The translations under genes were made by a program, and so were the position numbers. The notes beneath the pieces are model-generated. The model saw only the letters and a list, made by a program, of their open reading frames with translations, did not search any database and was not told the DNA's origin. Below, one piece after another: positions 28,063 to 38,003 of a stretch of DNA of 64,000 nucleotides (position 1 is the first letter of the stretch; each line of letters starts with the position of its first letter). Origin of the DNA: Patescibacteria group bacterium (GTDB taxonomy: Bacteria; Patescibacteriota; Minisyncoccia; Phycocordibacterales; JAKAEA01); contig JAZKCY010000001.1 of the NCBI GenBank assembly GCA_040387855.1, positions 253,857 to 317,856 of the forward strand, read 5' to 3'.

Positions 28063-30162
28063 ATGGCTAAATCAGACGAGAAGAAAAAGAAAGAAGGGAG
28101 TTACGGCGCGGAAGATATTCAAGTCCTCGAGGGTCTGGAACCGGTGCGAAAGCGACCGGGTATGTACATTGGTACAACTGGACCCGATGGTCTTCACCAT
28201 CTTATTTGGGAAATCTTCGATAACTCTCGTGACGAAGCCATGGGCGGTCATTGTAATGATATTGAAGTAGCCATTTTGCCTGGTGAGTTTATTCGTGTTG
28301 TCGACAACGGCCGAGGTATTCCCGTAGACAAACATTCAAAAACAAAAGTATCTGCTCTTGAAACTATTATGACCGTGCTTCATGCCGGAGGTAAATTCGG
28401 AGGTGAAGGATACAAAGTATCTGGAGGTCTTCACGGAGTGGGAGCATCGGTAGTAAACGCGCTTTCAAATCACACTCAAGTACGAGTACATCGCGATGGT
28501 GGAGAGCATGTTCAAGAATATGCTAAAGGGAAAATTCTCGCTCCAGTAAAAAAGGTTGGAGCTTCAAAGCTCAACGGAACTATCGTAAAATTTCAACCTG
28601 ACGAAACTATTTTTCAAGAAGTAAAATTTGATTTTCAGCGAGTTGTAAATCATCTTCGACAACAGGCTTACTTGGTTAAGGGCCTAAGAATTACTGTTAT
28701 TGATGCACGAGGTTATGAAGGTAAGATACGTGATGAGGAAGTAGCATATCTCCGTGAATTGGCTCTTGAAGTGCCATCACAGTCGTTCTACTTTGAAGGA
28801 GGACTTATGTCATTGGTGAAGTTCCAAAACACACTCTTCAAACCAGTACATAAAAATATTTTCTACATTGAAAAAAACACAACTGAATATGAAACAGTAG
28901 AAGTATCTCTCCAGTATGTTGACGATATGAGTTCACGTATCCTTCCTTTTGCAAACAATATTTACAACTCAGAAGGAGGAACTCATGTTACAGGATTTAA
29001 GACTGCGCTTACACGTATGCTTAATACCTATGGCCGAAAGAATAATCTCATTAAAGAATCAGAAGAAAACTTTACAGGTGAAGACGTACTTGAAGGTCTC
29101 ACTGCCGTTGTGTCTGTAAAGATTCGAGAAATTCAATTCGAAGGACAAACAAAAGCAAAGCTTGGAACTGTGGAAGCTCGAGGAATGGTTGAATCTGTGT
29201 TTAGTGAGGCATTTGAATTCTTCCTTGAAGAAAATCCAGACGATGCACGAGCTATCATTCAGAAAGTTATTCTTGCTCTTCGAGCACGAAAAGCTGCGAA
29301 GGCTGCAAAGGATTCTATTTTGCGAAAGGGAGCTCTTGAAGGATTTGGTCTTCCAGGAAAACTTAAGGATTGCCAAAGCAAAGATGCTACAGAATCAGAA
29401 CTCTTCATTGTGGAGGGAGACTCAGCGGGTGGTACAGCTACACAAGGACGAGATCGAAAGACTCAGGCTATCTTGCCGTTGAAAGGAAAAGTGCTCAACG
29501 TGGAACGAGCTCGCCTCGATAAGATTTTGGCATTTGCCGAAATCAAATACTTGGTTATTGCGCTGGGAACTGCGATTGGTGATACTTTCGATATTTCACG
29601 ACTACGTTATCACAAGATTATTATTGCAACGGATGCGGACGTCGACGGTGCTCACATTCGAACATTGTTGCTAACCCTTTTCTTCCGATACTTCCGACCA
29701 CTTATTGATGCGGGCAATATCTACATCGCACAACCACCACTCTTTAAGATTAAACGAGGAAAGCAGATTGAGTATGCATACTCACTCGAAGAACGAGATC
29801 ATATTATTAAAAATGTGTTTGGATACAAGGGAGAAGTAGAAGAAATTATCCAGACAGAACACAACACTCCATCAGAAGAAGTTTTTGTTACCGAAGCCGT
29901 ATCTGATGAACAGCTCGATGAAGAACGAGAAGTGAAAAAGAAAGGAAAGCCTGATGTACAACGATACAAGGGTCTTGGAGAAATGAACGCCGAAGAGTTG
30001 TGGGAAACAACAATGGATCCAACTCGACGAGTGCTTAAGCGAGTAGAAGTGGGAGATGCTACTGAAGCTGATAAAGTCTTCGATATCTTGATGGGTACAG
30101 ATGTGCCATCACGAAAGAGTTTCATCCAGTCGAATGCGCAGAAAGCGAATATCGATATTTAA
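28063..30162 (+). CDS. gyrB: DNA gyrase subunit B
   Basis: GHKL ATPase N-domain, TOPRIM (EGDSAGG) and C-terminal tail; 699 aa. Confidence 0.9.
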   Translation: MAKSDEKKKKEGSYGAEDIQVLEGLEPVRKRPGMYIGTTGPDGLHHLIWEIFDNSRDEAMGGHCNDIEVAILPGEFIRVVDNGRGIPVDKHSKTKVSALETIMTVLHAGGKFGGEGYKVSGGLHGVGASVVNALSNHTQVRVHRDGGEHVQEYAKGKILAPVKKVGASKLNGTIVKFQPDETIFQEVKFDFQRVVNHLRQQAYLVKGLRITVIDARGYEGKIRDEEVAYLRELALEVPSQSFYFEGGLMSLVKFQNTLFKPVHKNIFYIEKNTTEYETVEVSLQYVDDMSSRILPFANNIYNSEGGTHVTGFKTALTRMLNTYGRKNNLIKESEENFTGEDVLEGLTAVVSVKIREIQFEGQTKAKLGTVEARGMVESVFSEAFEFFLEENPDDARAIIQKVILALRARKAAKAAKDSILRKGALEGFGLPGKLKDCQSKDATESELFIVEGDSAGGTATQGRDRKTQAILPLKGKVLNVERARLDKILAFAEIKYLVIALGTAIGDTFDISRLRYHKIIIATDADVDGAHIRTLLLTLFFRYFRPLIDAGNIYIAQPPLFKIKRGKQIEYAYSLEERDHIIKNVFGYKGEVEEIIQTEHNTPSEEVFVTEAVSDEQLDEEREVKKKGKPDVQRYKGLGEMNAEELWETTMDPTRRVLKRVEVGDATEADKVFDILMGTDVPSRKSFIQSNAQKANIDI

Positions 30163-30185
30163 TAAGTCTAAATATCAAGCAAAAC

Positions 30186-30215
30186 AAAACCCCGCAGAGA
30201 TGCGGGGTTTTGTTT
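30186..30215. terminator. bidirectional rho-independent terminator
   Basis: AAAACCCCGCAGAGATGCGGGGTTTTGTTTT between gyrB and convergent gene. Confidence 0.6.
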
Positions 30216-30228
30216 TAGTTTAATTCAA

Positions 30229-31767
30229 TTAGTATCGGTAGATAGTAGTTGACGTTGTATTGTTGTTGTTATTTGTCTCAGCAACTTCGTTGTTGTAATC
30301 AACAGTCACACTTACTGGGTTATTACCCTGTGAGCGAATATTGTCGAAACCAACAGTGAAGATTGTCTTCTGACCAGGATTAAGTGATGGCTGGTATCCA
30401 GAAGTATAGAGTGAGTTTGAATCGTTTGTTGGTAGGTATGCTTGGAATCGGTATTGTCCACTAGCAGTTCCACCTACGTTTTCAATTTCAAACTTGATAG
30501 CTGCTCGATCGTTGTATCCAACATTGTTTGTTGCATAGAACTGATTTGTATTTTTATCTACAATTCCAGTACTAACGATTCGAACAATTAGATCTGCCTG
30601 AGTTCCATAATTGCCCCCTACAGTTCCACCGTTGTTTACGATGTTTGTAGTTGCAACGTTATTGTTGTTATTTGTTTCAGCAATAAGGTTCTGAGGGTCT
30701 ACTGTAATAGTTACAGTATTGTTTTGAGCATTGTTGATTGGTTCAAAACCAAGAACATATTCAATTCGATCCTGTGGTCCAAGATTCTGTTGACCGTATG
30801 CATTGTATACAGAGTTCTTTGGAGTTGGAAGATTTGCTGTGAATGCCCATGTTCCAGAATTCTTATCACCATTGTTCTTAACAGTAAACTTTACTGCAGG
30901 TCGCATACCAGCACTTACAGAATATGATGGAACGAATGCTGAAGTTGTTGGATGGAGGTATCCTACTGCATTGATAGTAATTGCTAAGTCTGCAGTTCCA
31001 TTTGGATTTGATTGGATATATGCAGGAGTAACTGCTGGTTTAGTTGGAGTAGGCTTAGGTGTTGGAGTAGGTGTTGGCTTTGGAGTTACTGGAGCAGGGG
31101 TTGGTTCTGGTGTAGATGCTGGAGGTGTAACTGGTTGTTCACCTGAAGGCATATCAATAGGTGTTCCACCTGTTCGACTGTCTGCAATGTTTGGATTTGT
31201 AACTGTTACTAGGACACTATCAAGATCAATTACATCTGAAGTGTTGTTTTCAAGAAATGCGAGTGTGAAAGATATGTCAGTATATCGCTGAACCTCAGAA
31301 AATGCAGTGAGATCAATTCGATTATCGTTTACTGAGAAATAGTAGAGACTATTACATGTAATAGTTTCATTTGGAATACTAATTGATGTTTCAATTCGTA
31401 CACCATCTTTACACTGGTAGCTTAATACATATGAACCATTATCTCGATGTTTTCCAGTCCATGAAAGAGTGAAAGGTTCACCTGAGTTGATTGTAGTTCG
31501 ATCGGCAGTTAAGTCTACAGTCTGGTTCGTTCCAAAGAGGGAAGAAAGAGTATTCTTAAATGATGATACCGCGTTTGGTACCAATTTGATTGGTAATAAA
31601 ATACCAATAATGAGAAGGACGATAAGTCCAATTAGCACGACTATTTTTAGTACGGTGCTTGGTTCTCGCTTTTGTTCCGGGGTTTTGTTATTTTGGGTTT
31701 GCATTTCCATAAGCCTTTTATTAATGAATGGTGTTGGTATATTATCATATATATAGTCATTTGTCAA
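30229..31767 (-). CDS. N-terminally membrane-anchored surface protein with PT-rich linker and two CARDB-like domains
   Basis: Signal-anchor TM, TPEPTPAPVTPKPTPTPTPKPT linker, two ~110-aa repeats each ending DxxNxIAETNNNNN (CARDB-like). Confidence 0.55.
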   Translation of the reverse strand: MTNDYIYDNIPTPFINKRLMEMQTQNNKTPEQKREPSTVLKIVVLIGLIVLLIIGILLPIKLVPNAVSSFKNTLSSLFGTNQTVDLTADRTTINSGEPFTLSWTGKHRDNGSYVLSYQCKDGVRIETSISIPNETITCNSLYYFSVNDNRIDLTAFSEVQRYTDISFTLAFLENNTSDVIDLDSVLVTVTNPNIADSRTGGTPIDMPSGEQPVTPPASTPEPTPAPVTPKPTPTPTPKPTPTKPAVTPAYIQSNPNGTADLAITINAVGYLHPTTSAFVPSYSVSAGMRPAVKFTVKNNGDKNSGTWAFTANLPTPKNSVYNAYGQQNLGPQDRIEYVLGFEPINNAQNNTVTITVDPQNLIAETNNNNNVATTNIVNNGGTVGGNYGTQADLIVRIVSTGIVDKNTNQFYATNNVGYNDRAAIKFEIENVGGTASGQYRFQAYLPTNDSNSLYTSGYQPSLNPGQKTIFTVGFDNIRSQGNNPVSVTVDYNNEVAETNNNNNTTSTTIYRY

Positions 31768-31857
31768 ATACTAGTGTGTAATTAAAACTAGGGTTGCTAT
31801 TGACTTTTGATCAAATATGTGATAATCTTGTGGTATCTATAGTATATAAATTTCTCT

Positions 31858-32637
31858 ATGAGTCAAGTATTACCACCACAAAAAAATATTGGATTCCTCG
31901 ACATAATTTGGCATTTTAAGCTGCGTCTAGCAGCCTACATTTTGGTTATCTCTTTTTTAACATTCATTGGACTCTATCTCTTTGGTGGTGTTCCTGAGGA
32001 ATTGCGAGTACTTACTACTACAGAAGAATCCCCAATTGAAGCCGTAGAAGAGGCACCACGACAATATGTACAACTCCGAAACCGTCCTCAATTTGATGAT
32101 TCTGTACCTCTACCTAAGCCTACTCCAGTAACTCCTGCAAAGACTACAACGACAAAGCCAACAGCTGCTAAACCTGTTGCAAATACTACCGTGGCTACAC
32201 CAAAGGGTGCTTTACCGACTTATATTTCTATTAGTAAAATTGGTGTAAGCACTGCAGTAGTGAATCCAACTTCAACTAACAACGATGTATTAAACCAAAA
32301 CCTTCTAAAAGGTGCTGTTCGATACCCAGGATCTGGAACACTAGAGCAGGGGAATATGTTTATTATGGGCCATAGTTCTGGTCTTAAAGTTGTGAATAAT
32401 AAGGCATATAAAGCATTTAACGGCTTAAAAAACCTTTCTTTTGGTGACTCTATTGTAGTAACTTCAGGCGGTAAAACAGCGGTATATGCTGTTAGTTCAG
32501 TATCTCTTGTTGATAGTGATGAAGGCTTTGTTAATTTAAAGACTAATACTCACATGCTTACCCTCGTAACATGTAATGTTTTTGGAGAAAAAGAAGAGCG
32601 ATTTCTCGTTGAGGCGACCTTCGTGAAATTCCAGTAA
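31858..32637 (+). CDS. sortase-family transpeptidase (membrane-anchored)
   Basis: N-terminal TM, PT-rich linker, catalytic His (FIMGHSSG), Cys (TLVTCNVFG) and Arg (EERFLVEA) in sortase order. Confidence 0.65.
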   Translation: MSQVLPPQKNIGFLDIIWHFKLRLAAYILVISFLTFIGLYLFGGVPEELRVLTTTEESPIEAVEEAPRQYVQLRNRPQFDDSVPLPKPTPVTPAKTTTTKPTAAKPVANTTVATPKGALPTYISISKIGVSTAVVNPTSTNNDVLNQNLLKGAVRYPGSGTLEQGNMFIMGHSSGLKVVNNKAYKAFNGLKNLSFGDSIVVTSGGKTAVYAVSSVSLVDSDEGFVNLKTNTHMLTLVTCNVFGEKEERFLVEATFVKFQ

Positions 32638-32798
32638 TTACCCGTTTCGTAAATACTATGTAATACCTATTGACTTTTGTAAAGTTAGGTGATATAATAC
32701 AACACAGTAGATTGACATTAGGCCATATTTGTTTAATTTTACAAATATGGCAGAGTTATCTGCTTTTTTGTTTGAATTTATAAATAGTATTAAATCGT

Positions 32799-35795
32799 AT
32801 GATGAAAAAAATATCCCTCATACTTGGAGCTATCGTTATCCTCTCAGGCCTCGCCTTTGTTGGGTATTCAGTCGTTTCAGGAAACAATCTAATGATTGCT
32901 GATGCTACAGGTTGTACATCAAATCCTGAAGCCGACCTAACCGGTACTATTCAAGGAAATAAAGTAACAATTACCAACAAATCAGCTACATGTAGCTATA
33001 AGGTTGGTCTTGCTTCATATAAAGTATTCTCAAGTACTTTTAGTGATCAAAAATTATTTGATTCAGCAAGTGCAACAATCGCACCAAAGGCAACTATTAC
33101 ATTAACAGTTGACCTTCCTTCATGTGCATATCAATTAGATGCATTTTATGGAGATGTGATCACTAACTTATCAAATGAAAACATGTATCGAACTCGATTG
33201 CTCGATTATGTTGATCATTTCGTAAACTATTGTACTAATGTTCCACCAAAGGGATGTATTACAATTTCAAAGGAAGTCTATGAATCAAATGGAACTACAC
33301 GAGTTTTAGATGAATCAGGATTTACTTTCAAGCTCGTACAGACTGGTGCACAGATGACAACTGGTACTGATGGAACTGTTACATTTAGTAACGTTGCACA
33401 AGGAAACTATGTTGTAGAAGAACTTGCACGAAATGGATATACCGTAATGTTCCCAACAGATGGAACAGCAGATATCACAGTTAACAAGCCAACAAGTGAA
33501 GGCTGTGCACAGTTCAAATTCAAAAACAAAAAAGTAGTAACTCAAACTCCTAAAGGATGTATCGTAATTAAAAAAGAAACTTACAACACTGTAGGAAATA
33601 TCCTTACACCTGTTGCACAGTTCACATTCAAACTCGACAATAGTCAGACCGTACAAAACGATGCAAATGGTAATGCACGATTTGATAATGTGTCAGTTGG
33701 ATCTCACACTGTTTCTGAAATCGTACCTACTGGATGGACAAACATTCTCGTAACTCCTGCAAACGGAGTAGTAAATGTAGAAGCTGGTTCAGACTGTGTT
33801 GGTGTTGTATTCAAAAACAAGCAGAACCCAGTAGTTGCTCAGAAAGGATGTATCGTAGTAAACAAAGAAGTCTATGAATCAAATGGAACTACACGAGTTT
33901 CAGATGAATCAGGATTTACTTTCAAGCTCGTACAGACTGGAGCTCAGCTCACAACAAACTCAAATGGATCAGTTACCTTTAGTAACATTGCATTTGGAAA
34001 CTATGTTGTAGAAGAACTTGCACGAAATGGATACACCGTAATGTTCCCAACTGATGGAACATATGATGTAACCGTTAATAAAGCTACATCAGAAGGCTGT
34101 GCAAACATTACCTTCAAGAATAAGAAGAATGAAGTTGTAACTCCAAAGGGATGTATCGTAGTTACAAAAGAATTGTACCAGTCAAATGGTTCAACTCGAA
34201 TCAACGATGCTTCTGGTTTTACCTTCAAGCTTGTTCAGACAGGTGCACAGATGACAACAAACTCAAACGGAACAGTTACATTTAGTAACCTTAACTACGG
34301 CAACTATGTTGTAGAAGAGCTATCACGAAGTGGATACGTTGTGATGTCACCTTCAGATCGGACTCACGATGTAAATGTAAACAGTCAAAACTGTGAACAG
34401 ATTACCTTCAAGAACAAACTCGTTGAAGTGCCTCCACAGAAAGGATGTATCGTAATTAAGAAAGAAGCATTCGATACGAATGGTAATCTTATGAACACCG
34501 TTGCTCAGTTTACCTTCCGATTGGATGGTGGACGAACAACAGTAAACGATGCTCAGGGTAATGCGTACTTCTATGATGTTTCAGTTGGATCACACACAGT
34601 GACTGAAGAAGGTATCAACGGATGGACCAACTTCCTCGTAACTCCAGCTAATGGAAACGTACAAGTATCACATGGTACAAATTGTGCTGGTGTTGTATTC
34701 AAGAATAAACAGAATCCACCAGTTCAAACACCAAATCTTTCAGGAGTATGTTGGGTAAATCCTTCAACTGCTCAGATCAACCAGACAGTTACATGGTCAG
34801 CATCAGCATCTGGAGGAAACGGATCATACACCTACTCATGGAGTGGATGGGATGGTCTCTCAGGATACGGAAGTTCAGTACAGAAACAATACTCATATGC
34901 AGGACAGAAATCTGGAACAGTAGTTATTACTTCAGGTAACGATTCAATTACAAAGACATGTTACATGGAAGTAATTCAGCCACAGGTTCAGAATTTCTAT
35001 GGGTACTGTACTGCAAACCCAACTTCAGCATATGTTAATGAGACTATTAATTGGTCATCATCAGCAACTGGAGGAAACGGAAACTACTCATACTCATGGA
35101 CTGGAACTGATGGACTCTCATCAAACAACCAGAACGTATCACGATCATACGGAACTCCTGGACAGAAAACCGCTACAGTAACTATTTACTCAAACGGTCA
35201 GCAGGTAAGTCAGACATGTACTATCTACATCAATGAACGACCTGGAACTGTTGTAGTTTCAACAGAAACTCCAAATCAGGGAAGTGGTGTGTATCTAAGT
35301 CAGATTCCTTACACAGGAACTGGAGACAACTTCAAGTTGGGACTCTTCGTATTCGGACTTATCGCATGGAGTGGAGCAGTATCATACTTCCTCATTGCAC
35401 GAAAAGCACGAAAGCAAGGTCTAACAGTTGCTGAACTTATCAACGGATCACGATCTACCTATGCGTTTGCTTCTGGAGTATCTGCACCTATTGCAGCTAC
35501 CTACGTAGCAGAACCAGTAGTTGCTGAACCAGTTGCAATCCCTTCACCAACTCAGACACTTGTATCAGATGAATTCCTCTTTGATCTTGAACAAAAAGCT
35601 CGATCAATGAATATGATCATCTCAGCAGATGCCTTCCGAGTACTTGCAGTGTATACAGGACGAAATACAGAACACGCACATGCATTAATTGAAGAACTAG
35701 CAGTTATGTATCGAACAGATCTTGCTGATAGTAGTGATTGGATAACTCTTGGTATGGATAAAGTAACAAAAGTTATTTCACACGTTCAGGCATAA
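32799..35795 (+). CDS. large cell-surface adhesin: signal peptide, five Cna-B-like repeats, two PKD-like repeats, TM anchor and ~150-aa cytoplasmic tail
   Basis: Repeats of ~100 aa starting KGCIV and containing GNYVVEE/ GSHTV motifs; YSWSGWDGLSG PKD-like motif x2; IPYTGTG followed by TM and ARKARK. Confidence 0.6.
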   Translation: MMKKISLILGAIVILSGLAFVGYSVVSGNNLMIADATGCTSNPEADLTGTIQGNKVTITNKSATCSYKVGLASYKVFSSTFSDQKLFDSASATIAPKATITLTVDLPSCAYQLDAFYGDVITNLSNENMYRTRLLDYVDHFVNYCTNVPPKGCITISKEVYESNGTTRVLDESGFTFKLVQTGAQMTTGTDGTVTFSNVAQGNYVVEELARNGYTVMFPTDGTADITVNKPTSEGCAQFKFKNKKVVTQTPKGCIVIKKETYNTVGNILTPVAQFTFKLDNSQTVQNDANGNARFDNVSVGSHTVSEIVPTGWTNILVTPANGVVNVEAGSDCVGVVFKNKQNPVVAQKGCIVVNKEVYESNGTTRVSDESGFTFKLVQTGAQLTTNSNGSVTFSNIAFGNYVVEELARNGYTVMFPTDGTYDVTVNKATSEGCANITFKNKKNEVVTPKGCIVVTKELYQSNGSTRINDASGFTFKLVQTGAQMTTNSNGTVTFSNLNYGNYVVEELSRSGYVVMSPSDRTHDVNVNSQNCEQITFKNKLVEVPPQKGCIVIKKEAFDTNGNLMNTVAQFTFRLDGGRTTVNDAQGNAYFYDVSVGSHTVTEEGINGWTNFLVTPANGNVQVSHGTNCAGVVFKNKQNPPVQTPNLSGVCWVNPSTAQINQTVTWSASASGGNGSYTYSWSGWDGLSGYGSSVQKQYSYAGQKSGTVVITSGNDSITKTCYMEVIQPQVQNFYGYCTANPTSAYVNETINWSSSATGGNGNYSYSWTGTDGLSSNNQNVSRSYGTPGQKTATVTIYSNGQQVSQTCTIYINERPGTVVVSTETPNQGSGVYLSQIPYTGTGDNFKLGLFVFGLIAWSGAVSYFLIARKARKQGLTVAELINGSRSTYAFASGVSAPIAATYVAEPVVAEPVAIPSPTQTLVSDEFLFDLEQKARSMNMIISADAFRVLAVYTGRNTEHAHALIEELAVMYRTDLADSSDWITLGMDKVTKVISHVQA

Positions 35796-35834
35796 ACAAT
35801 AAACAAATGTATTGTGAGTCGGCCACGACTAAAC

Positions 35835-35862
35835 AAAACCCGCTGTAATGGCGGGTTTTGTG
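35835..35862. terminator. bidirectional rho-independent terminator
   Basis: AAAACCCGCTGTAATGGCGGGTTTTGTG between convergent genes. Confidence 0.55.
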
Positions 35863-35866
35863 TTGC

Positions 35867-36178
35867 TTATTGTAAATTGCTGTTTATAAGATTCTCAATA
35901 ATTCTTCTAAAAAATCCTTTTGGCTTTTGTTTTCTTGTAGTCTTAGAAATCTCTGCAACAAACTCAACTTTTACTTCGGCTGCTACTGATACGATTTGTT
36001 CTTGTTTTGTTTTTACCTCAGGAAGAGATTCTAGAACTGGTTCATGAATCTGCCTCTTTGGAACAGGAGCTACTCGACGTATTGTTTTTTTAGTCACCAC
36101 TCCGCCCATAGTAGCTTTTGGCGATCTACTGCGTGGCTTTTTTGCAATTATGTCTACTGAGTTTGGCATAGTGTACAC
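35867..36178 (-). CDS. hypothetical basic protein (103 aa)
   Basis: ORF only. Confidence 0.3.
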   Translation of the reverse strand: MYTMPNSVDIIAKKPRSRSPKATMGGVVTKKTIRRVAPVPKRQIHEPVLESLPEVKTKQEQIVSVAAEVKVEFVAEISKTTRKQKPKGFFRRIIENLINSNLQ

Positions 36179-36251
36179 CCATTATACGATTAAAAAGAGC
36201 ATTAACTATTAATTAATGCTCTTTTTATGTGGATAACGCTGTGTCCGCTTA

Positions 36252-38000
36252 TTATTTCTTTTCCTGAATTTCTTGTGTGAGTTTTGCTACAAGATCTTCA
36301 ACACTCATTTGTCCCAACTGACCTTGCTCTCGATGTTCAAGAGTTACCACTTTAGCTTCTATTTCGTTATCACCAATAACAACCCAATATGGGATCTTAT
36401 CTACCTTCGCACCTCGCACTTTCTTTCCCATGCCGTCTTTGCTGTCATCAAATTCTACACGTACACCTGCTTTTTTTAGAGCTGCTGATACAGTTGCTGC
36501 ATAGTCATTGTGTTCTTCTCGTACAGGAATAACTTTAACTTGAGTAGGTGAAAGCCATGTTGGAAAGTTACCCGCAGTGTGTTCGATAAGTGTCGCCATG
36601 AATCGTTCGATAGAACCCATGATAGCTGCATGAATCATAACCACATCTTCTTTCAGCCCTTCTTCATTTGTAAATGTAAGTCCAAAGTTTTTTGGCTGAA
36701 GGAAATCGAGCTGAATTGTAGCAACTTGGAGTACTCGTCCGATAGCATCTTTAGCAATGAAGTCGAGCTTTGGTCCGTAGAAAGCAGCTTCACCAACTCC
36801 ATCTATCCATTCAATACCTCGAGCTTTCATAAGGTTTACCATGGCACTTTCAGATTTTTCCCATGTTTCTTTTGTACCCATATACTTCTCAAACTTTTCT
36901 GGGTCATGCCGAGAGAATCGTACTTTAATATCTGAGAATCCAAATGTTCCGTAAAATTTATCTACAATATCCCAGATGGAAAATACTTCTTGTTCAATTT
37001 GGTTTTCTCTACAGAATACATGGGCGTCATCTTGAGTAATTGAAAGCACTCGTGAAAGTCCTGAAAGTTCTCCAGATTGCTCGTCTCGATACACCATTGT
37101 TGTTTCTGCGTATCGCTGCGGCATTTCTCGATAACTTCGTGGAGCAGAATCAAAGATCTGAGTATGATGAGGACAGTTCATAGGTTTAACAACATATGTT
37201 TTTCCTTCACGAGTTTGAATCTTGAAGAGGTCTTCAGAATACTTTTGCCAGTGTCCAGATGTTTCGTATAAATCCTTCTTTGTAATATGAGGAATAGTTA
37301 CTTTTTCATATCCTTTAGCAACTCGAAGTTCCCAAATGTATTTATCCAATAAATCTCTAACCATACTTCCTTTAGGCGTCCAAAGAGGAAGTCCTGGTCC
37401 AACCAGTGGGGAAAATACAAAGAGCCCCATTTCTTTACCAAGCTTTTTGTGATCTCGCTTTAATGCTTCTTCCCGCTGTGCAATGTAGGCTGCAAGTTCT
37501 TCTTTTGTATCAAATGCTAATCCGTATACACGTGTAAGCATCTTATTCTTTTCATCTCCGCGCCAGTAGGCACCTGCAACTCGTTCCAATTTATATGATC
37601 CTGAAGCTATATCTTCTTTAGGATTAGCAACATGGCCTCCTCGGCAAAGATCTGTGAAATTTCCAGAAGTGTACAGAGTAATCTTTTCTCCTTTAGCTAT
37701 GATTTCATCTATGAGTTCTAGTTTATAAGGATTACCTTTGAAATGCTCACGAGCTTCTTCAGGAGATACCTCTTTGTGAGTAAATTCTTTCCATCCCTTA
37801 ACAAGCTCTTTCATTTTCTGTTCAACTTTGCCTAAATCTTTTTCAGTTATAGGTTCGGCAAATTCAAAGTCGTAATAGAAACCATTGTCCACCGCAGGAC
37901 CAATAGTGTTTTTAGCATCTGGCCAAAATTCTAATACCGCTGCTGCCATGAGGTGGGCGAGAGTATGTCGTTTGTATTCTAGATTCTTTTCAGGATTCAT
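36252..38000 (-). CDS. thrS: threonine--tRNA ligase
   Basis: Class II aaRS with HxxxH zinc motif region and C-terminal anticodon-binding domain; start set at MNPEKNLEY because the hairpin and T-run lie within the longer ORF. Confidence 0.85.
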   Translation of the reverse strand: MNPEKNLEYKRHTLAHLMAAAVLEFWPDAKNTIGPAVDNGFYYDFEFAEPITEKDLGKVEQKMKELVKGWKEFTHKEVSPEEAREHFKGNPYKLELIDEIIAKGEKITLYTSGNFTDLCRGGHVANPKEDIASGSYKLERVAGAYWRGDEKNKMLTRVYGLAFDTKEELAAYIAQREEALKRDHKKLGKEMGLFVFSPLVGPGLPLWTPKGSMVRDLLDKYIWELRVAKGYEKVTIPHITKKDLYETSGHWQKYSEDLFKIQTREGKTYVVKPMNCPHHTQIFDSAPRSYREMPQRYAETTMVYRDEQSGELSGLSRVLSITQDDAHVFCRENQIEQEVFSIWDIVDKFYGTFGFSDIKVRFSRHDPEKFEKYMGTKETWEKSESAMVNLMKARGIEWIDGVGEAAFYGPKLDFIAKDAIGRVLQVATIQLDFLQPKNFGLTFTNEEGLKEDVVMIHAAIMGSIERFMATLIEHTAGNFPTWLSPTQVKVIPVREEHNDYAATVSAALKKAGVRVEFDDSKDGMGKKVRGAKVDKIPYWVVIGDNEIEAKVVTLEHREQGQLGQMSVEDLVAKLTQEIQEKK

Positions 38001-38003
38001 ATG

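Noticed and set aside
35300-35330. IPYTG as a canonical C-terminal sortase sorting signal
   Set aside because: About 150 further residues follow the TM and basic patch, so it does not fit the classical C-terminal LPXTG signal. It is reported as an anomaly instead.
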